The position numbers and the translations under genes are program-made. Positions 23,669-33,364 of a DNA stretch of 64,000 nucleotides are shown piece by piece. The DNA lies in contig JABVCE010000003.1 of NCBI GenBank assembly GCA_014905635.1, positions 1,364,001 to 1,428,000 of the forward strand. The letters are read 5' to 3'. Origin of the DNA: Scenedesmus sp. PABB004. Taxonomy: Eukaryota. The notes under the pieces were generated by a model. It did no database searches. It saw nothing but the letters and a program-made list of their open reading frames with translations, and was not told the origin of the DNA. The stretch's first letter is position 1; every line of letters begins with the position of its first letter.

Positions 23669-26027
23669 CTAGAGGTGCAGCATGTACATGAACCACACCA
23701 GGAACGCCGGCAGCGTGATCAGCGAGGCCACGTACTGCCAGAAGAGGATGCGCGAGAGCGGTCGTATGTCCGGATAGACGCGGCCGCACACCACGAGCAG
23801 CGTGACCGCGGCGGGGACCGCGCTCTCGACAAGCAGCAGCAGCTGGTACACGGTGTCGTCCCCCGGCACGAGGCGGTGCAGCCCCGCCGCGCGCACGACC
23901 GCGACGTTGAGCAGCGGCACCTGCGGCGGACGCGCGGCGCGCGGCGCGCGGTCGGCGCGCGCGGGGACGGCGGGGCGCGAGGCCGCGGCCGCGCTGGCCG
24001 CGCCGGCGCACCAGGACGAGCTTGACGGCGATGGCGATGGCCGTGGCCGACCACTGGTGCCGGCGCGACACCGCCATGCTGTGCTCCACCGGCGCGCCCT
24101 GCATCAGCTCGGCGCCTGCGGCAGCACAGCGCAGAGGCGGCGTGCGGCGGCGGGAGCGCGGCGCGCGTCGGCCGCGCGCTCGGGCGCGCCGCCCCGGCGC
24201 GCGCGCCGCCAGCGCAGCGCCGAGCGCGCGCGCCCGGCCGCGCACCGATCTGCATCGTCGCCAGCGGCGCCGCCGCCGCGCCGACCCAGACGAGGCTGAC
24301 CCAGAGCCAGTGCAGCGGCGCGAGCTCGTCGACCATGAGGCGGCGCACGGGGCCGACCGCGGCGACGGCGAGGCCCGCGACGGTCGCGCCGAGAGGCAGG
24401 TTGACCGCGGGGTGCGCCAGCGCCGCGCGGCACCAGCGCAGCGGCGCCGCGAGCCAGCGCGGCGCGGGGCGGCCCCGCCCGCCGAGGCAGCGCCACGCGC
24501 TGCCGGGGGCCGCCGCGGGCGAGGGCCCCCGCTGCGCCTGCCAGCCCAGCGGGAAGGTCCACGCCAGCGCGACGAGGCTGTTGCTGCGCCGCAGCCCGCG
24601 GCTGAACGAGCGGCTGAAGCTCGAACGGAAGCTGCGGCCGAGGCCGAGCAGGCGGCTCGCGCTGCGGTGGCTCGCAAAGCTGTCGGCCGGCGCGAGCGCG
24701 GTGTGGCGCAGCGCGTCGGGCGGCGCGGCGGCCGCGCCAAAGGCCTCGCGCGCCGCGGCCGCGGCGGCGAGGTCGTCATCCTCAAACTCCAGGCTGGCGC
24801 ACGAGTTGCTGTGCGGCAGCACCGCCACCAGGCCGTCGGGCGGCGCCGGCGGGCCGGGCGCCGGCGGCGGCTGCTGCGCCTTGGCGCCGCGCGTCGCGTC
24901 CGCCAGCACGGCGACGTCGCCGCCGTGCCGCGTGTCGTCGTCGTCGTCGTCGCCGCCGCCGCTGCTGCTGCGCTTGCCCGCCGCCGGCGCCGCCGCCGCC
25001 GCCGCGGCTGCCCCGCCCCCGCGCCCTCGCGCGCCGCCGCGCCGTCGCCGCCGCCGCCGGCGCCGGCCGCGCGGCGCGGCAGCAGCAGCGTCGCGGGCGG
25101 GCGCTTGAAGAGGAAGGGCACGGTCAGCGTGACGATGATGGTGATGATTGTATACACGCTGCGGCGGCAGCAGCGGCGGCGACAGCGGCAGCGGCGCGTG
25201 GGCAGCCGCGCGGCAGCGGCGCGTGGGCGCGCCGCGCCGCGCCGCGTGCAGTGCCGCGCCGCGTGCCGCGCCGCGCCGCATGCAGTGCCGCGCCGGGCCG
25301 CGTGCAGCACCGCGCCGGCGCCGCGCCGCGCTCCGCACCTGACGAGGCCGACCATGTACTGCACCTGCCCCGCCGCGTCGCCGGGGGGCGCGTAGTAGCG
25401 GATGATGCTGGGCATGAACAGCCAGGGCAGGTTGCCGCCTGGCCAACCAACGGCGGCGGCGGCGGCGCGAGTGGCGGCGGGCCGGCCGGTGGGCGAGCGA
25501 GCGCTCGGCGCGCAGAGCGGCGGCGGGCGAGCGAGCGAGCGGCGGCGCGCGAGCGGCGGCGGGGCGCAGCGCGCGGCGCGGGCCGGCGCGCGGGCGCACA
25601 GTTGGGCAGGCTGGAGGCCATGACCGCGAAGAACCACATGTCCCGCGGCAGCGCCGCGGCCCAGCCGAGCGCGAGCGCCGGCGCGGCGCCGAGCACGATG
25701 TGCAGCAGCGACACGAGCAGCATCGGCCACAGCAGCACCAGCCGCGCGGGCGTGACGGCGCCGACGATGCTGCTGAACATGAGCGCCGGGATGAGCACGT
25801 GCCTGCGCGGCGCGCCGGCGCGGCGTCGCAGGCAGCGGCACGCCAGGGGCGGGGCGCGTGCCACGCGTGCCGCGCGCGCACCAGTTGACGCCGCTGACGG
25901 CGGCGATGGCGCGGCGGTCAAAGCCGTGGCGCTTGGCGAGCCACACCCCGAGAGAACAGACCACGAGGACCTGCGCGACCGCCTGCAGCGCCACGTTGAT
26001 GCGGTCCTTGAGCTGTCCGCCCGCCAT
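23669..26027 (-). CDS. PIN-LIKES (PILS) auxin efflux carrier family membrane protein; apparent 1-nt frameshift near 25011
   Basis: Spliced VNWHVLIPALMFSSI, PNCGNLPWLF, central hydrophilic loop, NLPLGATVAGL, GAAAAPLATMQIGAEL, LLVESAVPAAVTL and ILFWQY. Stop at 23669; minus-strand TGTAA at 23547-23543. Confidence 0.88.
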
Positions 26028-26586
26028 GGCGACCCGCCGCTGCTGCCGCGGCCGCCGCCGGCGCTGCGCCGCCCGCCGCGGCCTGCTGCTCGGCTCGGCG
26101 CGGCGCCAGTGAGCTGGGCAGCTGATGCGGGAAGTTGAGCAGAGAGCTGTCGCCGCGTGGGCGGCAGCAGCGCGCGGCCTGGCGGGCGCGCGGCCGGGCG
26201 GAGCTCTGTGAAGGCTGCCGGGCTTGGCGGACAACGCCGAGCTGTGGTGGGATCGTCGGGCTTTGACGTGGCGTGCTCGGCGGAGCCAACACGAGTGCCA
26301 CGCGGCACAAACACGCAAACACGGTCGTCATCTTTGCGGCCGGCACACGCCTGGCCCGGCCACTCCCGCTCTCCGCGCAGCGCACTGCTCACCGCCACAC
26401 CACCACGCAGCTGAGCGTGGCTCGAACGACAGCAGCGCGCCCAGCAGCAGCGGCGGCGGCGGCGGCAGCAGCAGCGGCGGCGGCGGCGGCGGCGCGCGCA
26501 CGCGCTCACCGCGTGGGGGGCGCCGCGGCCGCTGCGCACCACGCGCCGCTCGCACGCCCAAGCGCCGTGCGGGGGCGCGGGCGGCG

Positions 26587-26796
26587 ATGCCGCTAGTGAA
26601 GGAAATCCGCACCGCCGGCAGCCAGTGGCGCGTCGCGGCGCTCGTGCTCGGCGGCTTTGCGCTGGCGGCGTGGCCAATCTACAGCCACCGCACCAACCCC
26701 GACCCCACGCACCGGGACATGTACGCGGCGGCCAAGAAGAAGGCGCGTGACGAGAAGCTGGCGTGGATGGAGAGCGACGAGATGCCGCTCAAGTGA
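26587..26796 (+). CDS. 69-aa single-pass membrane microprotein
   Basis: MPLVKEIRTAGSQWRVAALVLGGFALAAWPIYSHRTNPDPTHRDMYAAAKKKARDEKLAWMESDEMPLK*. One hydrophobic helix and strongly GC3-biased codons. Confidence 0.7.
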   Translation: MPLVKEIRTAGSQWRVAALVLGGFALAAWPIYSHRTNPDPTHRDMYAAAKKKARDEKLAWMESDEMPLK

Positions 26797-26939
26797 GAGG
26801 GCGAGCAGCGCGGCCGCCGAAGGCGAGGAGAGAGCGAGAGCGAGAGACCGCTGGAGGACAGGCCTCTCGCGCCACGCGCGCGCAGCGCCAAGCGAGCCAG
26901 GCGAGGCCAGCCAGGCGAGCGGCGGAGGCGCCTTCGTGC

Positions 26940-27566
26940 GGCTGCCAGAGCGCGGCGAGCGCGGGCCGGCGCAGCAGCTGCCACACGAGCGCCGGCGCCT
27001 CTGCGATGTGCGCGGAGGCGCCGTAGGCGTGGGCCGCCGCCGGCATGGCGCACGCGCGGCCGGGCGCGCGCTCGGATGCGCGCGGCGCCGGGAACGGCGG
27101 TGGCGATGGCGCGAGGGGCGCCGAGCGCGCGCGGAGCGCGAGTGGGGGCGCGGCGCAGGGGCGCACGGCGGACGCGGCGGCTGTGCTCGGCCGATCGACT
27201 GCGGGACGCGGCACGTGCGCACCGTGGTGACCGGGCGCGGACGGGGACGCGGAACGGCGCCACCAGAAACCGCCTCCGCGCGCCGCGCTACGTCCCCGCC
27301 AGCGCCCGCAGCCGCGCCCTCAGACGCTCCCGCAGCTCGGCGTCCAGCGGCGGCAGCTCGGCGTCCACCGGCGGCGGCGCCGGCGGGGCCGGCGCTGCGA
27401 CGGCCGCCGCGGCTGGCTCGGCGCCGCCACCGGCGCCGCCACTGGGCCTGCGCTCCGAGCTGGCACCCTTGTTGGACGACCTGCGCCTCTCCTTGCTGCG
27501 GGAGCGGCCGCGGCCGCGGCTGCGGCTGCGAAGCCTGCTCCCCCGCCGGCTGCGGCTCCTGCTCCC
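26940..27566 (-). repeat. Inverted, diverged copy of 14467-15092 (SWAP 3' end, intergenic spacer and SRPBCC exon 1)
   Basis: Reverse complement aligns continuously from gggagcaggagccgcagcc (14467) to ctctggcagcc (15092), with scattered substitutions and small indels. Confidence 0.93.
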
Positions 27567-27722
27567 CCCCGCCGCCCCGGCTCGGCGGCGGCCTGCGCTC
27601 GCTGGCGGCTGGCAGCCGCGGCAGCGCTCTCGCCGCGCTGCGCGCCAGCCGCACAGCCAGCCGCGCAGCCAGCTCAGCGGAGGGGCGACGCGTCCTGTGC
27701 GTCCAGGAGCTGGAGCCGGTCT

Positions 27723-27760
27723 CCGTTTGAGCGTTCAAGTCGGCGTTTGAGGTTCAAGTC
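27723..27760. promoter_or_regulatory. Tandem CGTTTGAG-(C)-GTTCAAGTC motif upstream of CDC20 (MSA core plus CHR-like sites)
   Basis: ccgtttgagcgttcaagtc followed by ggcgtttgaggttcaagtc, about 150-190 nt before the CDC20 ATG. On the minus strand this gives AACGG at 27727-27723 and CTTGAA at 27739-27734 and 27758-27753. Confidence 0.45.
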
Positions 27761-27908
27761 TGCGGCGCTGACTTTCGGTCTCCCCGCCGTGCAGCCTTCA
27801 AAGCCGGCCGCGCTGCCCTGCCTCCCCCCCACTCCCGGGTCCCCCTCAAGCACTCTCACCTCCCTCTCACCCTCTCAACTCTCCCCTCCCCCCTCCACGA
27901 CCACCACC

Positions 27909-29817
27909 ATGTCCGGCCTCTCCATGATCGGCGTCCAGGCGCCGTCGCCCCTCTCCAAGGCGACGCCTGGCAAGGCTTTCAAGCACACGCCCGGCGGCTC
28001 CAAGAAGGAGAAGGTGCGGGGCCCTCGCGCGCGACGGCGCGGGCGCGGGGGCCGCCCTTCCGCCCAACGGTCACAAGCCTCTCCCGCGCCTCACCCGTTT
28101 CGGCCGCGCGCGCCCGCCCGCAGCTCGACCGCTTCATCCCCAGCCGCTCCGGCACCGAATCCGAGCTCCCGCGCTTCGAGCTGGGCGCGGAGAACGAGGG
28201 CGGCGCCGGCGGCGAGGCGGCGAGCCAGCAGTACCAGAGCCTCCTCGCGGCGAGCCTCAACATCACCGAGCAGCAGCGCATCCTCGCGTTCAAGCACAAG
28301 GCCCCCGCGCCGCCGGAGCACCACCAGAACAACCTCGCCTCCCTCTACACCGCCAACACGGGCGCCGCGCCGGCGCGCCGCGCGTTCCGCCACATCCCCA
28401 CCACCCAGGAGCGCATCCTCGACGCCCCCGACCTGGTGGACGACTACTACCTCAACCTGCTCGACTGGTCCAGCGGCAACACGGTGCGCGGCCGCGCGCT
28501 GCACACACGCTCGCCGCGCAGCCCGCGCGCGCCGCGCAGCCCGCGCGCGCCGCGCAGCCCGCGCGCGCCGCCGCGCCGCCCACGTCGCGCGCGGCCGCCG
28601 ACCGACTCCCGCCCCCGGCCCCCGGCTGCCCCCGCGCGCGCGCAGGTCGCCGTGGCCCTCGGCCCCACCGTGTACCTGTGGAACGCGGCGAGCGGCACCA
28701 TCGACGAGCTCTGCACCTCCCCCAACGAGGGCGACTACATCACCAGCGTGCAGTGGGCCGCCGACTCGACCCACCTCGCCGTCGGCACGAGCACCGCCAA
28801 GGTCCAGGTGCGTGCGCCCCCCGCTGCGGACGCCTCGCTGCGGCCGCCTCGCTGGGGCCGCCTCGCTGGGGCCGCCTCGCTGGGGCCGCCGCGCGCGCCC
28901 CGTCGCGCGGCGCTGACCGCCCCCCTCCCCCCCCCCTCCCCGCCAGATCTGGGACGCGGCGCGCGCCAAGCAGGTCAAGGAGCTGCCCGGGCACACCAAC
29001 CGCGTCAGCGCCCTGGCCTGGAACAACGCCATCCTTTCCTCCGGCGGCCGCGACTCGCTCGTCTGCAACTGGGACGTGCGCCTGCGCAAGCACGAGGCCT
29101 GCGTCGCCACGCTGCGCGGCCACGACCAGGAGGTCTGCGGCCTCAAGTGGAGCCCCAACGGCACGCAGCTCGCGAGCGGCGGCAACGACAACGTGCTCTG
29201 CATCTGGGGCGCGTCGGGCCAGCAGCAGCACCGCATTGCCGCGCACCAGGCGGCGGTCAAGGCGCTCGCGTGGTGCCCCTTCCAGAGCAACCTCCTCGCC
29301 AGCGGCGGCGGCACGGCCGACCGCTGCATCCGCTTCTGGAACACCACGACCGGCGCGCAGCTCAACCACATCGACACGGGCAGCCAGGTCTGCGCGCTGC
29401 AGTGGAGCCGGCACGAGCGCGAGATCCTCTCGAGCCACGGCTACGCCAAGAACCAGCTCTGCCTCTGGACCTACCCCACGCTGCTCAAGGCGCGCGCCGC
29501 GCCGCGCCGCGCCGCGCCGCGCTGGCCCAAGCGAGCCGCGCCGGCCCGAGCTGCGCGCCGCGCCGCCGCGCGCCGCGCCGACCCCGACCCGCCCGCCCGC
29601 TCCCCCGCCGCCGCCCGCGCAGGCGGCCGAGCTCACCGGCCACACCGCGCGCGTGCTCCACATGGCGCAGTCTCCGGACGGCAGCACCGTGGTCACCGCG
29701 GGCGCAGACGAGACGCTGCGCTTCTGGCGGGTGTTTGGCGAGCCCGCAGGTAAGGCAGGTAAGGCGGCGGCGGCGGCCAGCGGCAGCGCCATGATGCGCA
29801 GCGCCAGCATCCGGTGA
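27909..29817 (+). CDS. CDC20: APC/C coactivator CDC20 (fizzy), WD40 protein, 5 exons
   Basis: C-box DRFIPSR, MAD2-interacting-like [60 protein letters not shown] and a terminal IR tail. Stop TGA 29815-29817. Confidence 0.96.
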
Positions 29818-30472
29818 GCAGCCCCCGGCCAGCCAGCGACCGCCAGCGCCAGCGCGCGGCGGCGGCGACGCAGCGCAGCCCAGCACGCAGCAGCATGTAC
29901 AACAGCGCCCGACAGCACTGCCGCGCCCGCAGCACGCAGCCGTGCAGCGACAGCCCCATTTTGGCCCCAGTGCAGCGCATGCACCCATGCCTTGCACCTG
30001 GCGCACCCAATAATGCTCGCATGGTGTGCGCGCGCCCGGCTGCCAGGTGCCGGGCGCCGCACACCCGTTGGCTGGCGGCGGGCCACGCGCCCGCCGTCAG
30101 CCACCGTCAGGGAGCGGCGGGCGTGCCGTGGCGTCGGGGCGCCTGCCGGCCCGCGCTACAGGGGGTTCAAATCCCCCTGCTCCCGTCGCGTTGTGTGTGT
30201 TCGCCTGTCGCCTGCGGTTGCGTGTCGGGCTGCGCTCGGCTCCGTTACACTGGGCCGGCGCTGCAGTGGCAGCGCCCCCAGGGCTCGCCGAGCGCCGCCG
30301 CCCCGAACGCGTGCTGCAGGGATCACGCCCGCCCCGCGCGTCTTCGCAGAGCAGCCCGCCGACCGCAGCCGTCACACGCAGCCCCCTGCAGCCGCTCTCT
30401 CGCCCTCCCCGCTCGCGCGCGCACACACAAGCAGGCGCACTCCTCCCCCGCACGCGGCGCGGCGGCGTGCCA

Positions 30473-33027
30473 TCAGATGGTGGCCTTGGCCAGCGCGGCG
30501 GCGAGGCCGTCGTCGTCGCCGTCCGCCGCGCCGGCCTCATCGTCGTCGTCGTCGCCGGCCATGTCCGGGTCGTTCTCGTCCAGCGGGCCCAGGCAAGCGT
30601 CGCTGCCAAACGCGTCCTGTGCGCGCGCGCGCGCGCCGCGGCAGCAGCGGCAGCGGTCAGCCCCCGCAACGCAGCGGCGGCGGCGCCGGCGGGCAGGCCG
30701 GGGGCGCGCGCGCGCTGGCGGGGGCGCCGCGGCGGCGCACCTTGAGCAGCGCGCGCAGCTGCTCCACGCCCTGCTCGCTGATCGCGTTCTCGTCGAGGGC
30801 GAGCAGCTCAAAGCTGCCCGCGCCGCGCCGCGCCGCCGCGACCGCGCGCGCGACGGCGAGCGCGCCGGGGCGCATGAGCTGGTTCGCGCAGAGGTCGAGC
30901 GCCGTCAGCGCGGGCAGCGACGCGAGGCCGCGCGCGAGCACCGCCGCGCCGGCGTCCTCGAGCTCATTCTCACGCAGGTTGAGCCTGGACGCGCACCGGC
31001 GGCGGCGCGGCGGCGCGGCGCTCACGCGGCAGCCCGGCGTCCGGTCGCGCCGGGCGGCGGCGGCGCCCCGCCCCGCGCGGCGCGCTCACCGCGCGAGGTG
31101 CTGCTTGCCCGCGATCGCGCGCACCACGTGCGCCGCGCCGTCGGGCGTGACCTCGTTCAGCGCGAGCTCGAGGCTCGCCAGCCGCGGCGCGGCGCCCGCG
31201 AGCGCGCCGCACACGGTCGCGACGCCGGCGTCGGTGAGGCTGGTGTCGTTGAGGTTGAGGTGCGCCAGCGCCGGCGCGGCCGACAGGCACGCCGCGAGCG
31301 CGGGCGCGACCTCCTCGGTGAGGGGGTTGTCGCTCAGGTCGAGCCGCACCAGCGCGCCGCCTGCCGCGGCGGAGCGCGGCGCGGCGGCGTTGGGCGGGCG
31401 CGCGGGCGGGCGGCCAGCTGGGAGGGCGGCGCGCGCCGCCGCCGCGCCGCCGTAGGGCCGCCGCGCCGCCGTGCGCGGCGCGCGCCGCGCGCCGTCCGCG
31501 GCGCACCCGCCGCGAGCGCCCGCGCGATGGCGATGCCGCCCGCCGCGCCGACCCTGCTGCTGGCCATCTTGAAGTCGGCCATGCGGGGGCAGCGCGCCAG
31601 CAGGCGCGCGATGTGGCCCGCGCCCTCGTCGCCGCTCATGTTGTTGAACAGGTGCAGCCCAGACAGCGCGCCGCCGGGCGGCAGCAGCTCCTCGACCGCC
31701 TTGCACGCGTGCACGCTCGCGCCGACGTTCTGCAGCGCGAGAAACTCCAGGCCCTGCGCACCGACGGCGCGGCGGGTGCGTGGGGCGCGCGCGGTGGGTG
31801 GGGCGCGCGGCGCGCGGCGCGCAGCGCGGCGCGGGGCGGCCGGCGCCGCGCCGCGGCCGCGCACCGGGTGCTGCAGCGCCGCCGCCGCGGCGCGGACGCC
31901 CTTCTCTCCGAGCGCGTTGTCACTGAGGTTCAGGTGCCGCAGCTTTGCCGCCGACAGCCCGCCCGCGACGAGACGCAGCGCCTCCAGCGCCTCGTCCTCC
32001 TGCGCGGGGGGCGGGCGGCCGGGGCCGTCGAGCGCTGCGCGCAGGGGAGGGGGGTCGCTCGCCCGCCGCGGCGGCCGCTGCCCGGGCCGCTGCTGGCGGC
32101 TGCTGCGCGCGCGGCCCCGCCGCCCCTGCCCCGCTTCCTCCCCAGCCCGCTGACGCGGACGGACCCCGCACAGCCCCGCACCGGGCGGCCAGCGATGATG
32201 TCACTCATGTCGGCGTGCTCCAGGCAGTGCGCGACGCTGCGCAGCGCCTCCGCGGCGACGGCCGCCGCCTCGGCGCCAAAGCTCTTGGTGCTGAACCGCA
32301 CCTGCGCGCCGGTGGTGGGGGGGCGCGTCGTGCGGCGTGGCCGCACGCGCGACGCGCGCCGCGCCGCGCCGTCCTGCGAGCCGCCGTCCTGCAAGCCGCG
32401 CGGCGCAGCGCGGCGCGGCGCGCCTTTCTGATCGCGCGCCCCGCCGCCAGCAGCGGCGCGAGCGCGGCGCGCGTCGCCTCGGCGTCCAGGAAGTCGCGCG
32501 TGCCAAACAGGTCCACCGACTGCGGGGGCGGCGGCGGCGCCGTGTGGGCCGCGCGCGGCCGGGCACGCCCGCCGCGAGCAGCCGGTGCGGCGGCGGCAGC
32601 TGACCTCCGCCGCGTCGCCGTTGGCCGCGCCCACGTCCGCCCCCGGCGCCGCACACTCCTCCACCGCCGCCAGCACCAGCTCGCCCAGCTTCCTGCGCGG
32701 CGGCCGGCGCGGCGCTCGAGCGCCGCGCAGCAGCGCCCCGCGGCCGCCGGCGGGCGGTTGCCCGCGCCGCGCGCGCGGCGCGCACCGCGCGTAGGCGCTG
32801 GTGGTCTCCGCCGCGGGCCGGCTGCCTGTGGTGGTGCGCGCCGCGACCTGCGCGGCGGTGTAGGCCTTGCGCTCGGCGGCCGTCGCGGCGGCCCGCGCGT
32901 CCGCGTCGCTGAGCTCCAGGCCCTTGAAGAACGCCAGCGTGGAGATGTTGGCGGCGATGCGCTCCACCGTGGCGTCGCGCTCCGCCGCGCTGAGCGCCCA
33001 GGGCGCGCCGTCGGCAGCGTCCGCCAT
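30473..33027 (-). CDS. RANGAP: Ran GTPase-activating protein (WPP-like N-domain, LRRs, acidic tail)
   Basis: FSTKSFG, DMSDIIAGRPEDEAL, LNLSDNALGEKG, LHLFNNMSGDEGA, LDLSDN, LNLRENEL and acidic LGPLDENDPD...DDDDDE tail. Minus-strand TGTAA at 30249-30245. Confidence 0.95.
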
Positions 33028-33364
33028 GATTGCCGCGGCGGCGCTGCTGCTGCCCGCCGGCGGGACCGAGGGCGCGCTGCTGCGCCGGCGCGCGGGCCAG
33101 TCGCGGTGGACGTGCAGCGCTCGGAGCGGCGCGCGGGAGTGTGGGCGTGTCGGCACTCGCGCGCCGCACAGCAGCGGCGGCGCGGCGCGCGAACGGTCGC
33201 GCGACAAGTGACGCAGTTCACTTCACGCGCACCTGCTCGTCATTCACGCGCCCACCGCGCGCAGCACTCGGCGCGGCGGCGCCCAACCGAAGCGCGGCGG
33301 TTGGCGCAGCCCCCCCCCCCCCCCCCCCCCTGCTGCGTGCGCTGCCGCCGCCGCGCCGCGCGCG

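Noticed and set aside
27909..33027. CDC20 and RanGAP adjacency as a mitotic gene cluster
   Set aside because: They are convergent, share no promoter, and two genes are too few to infer clustering.
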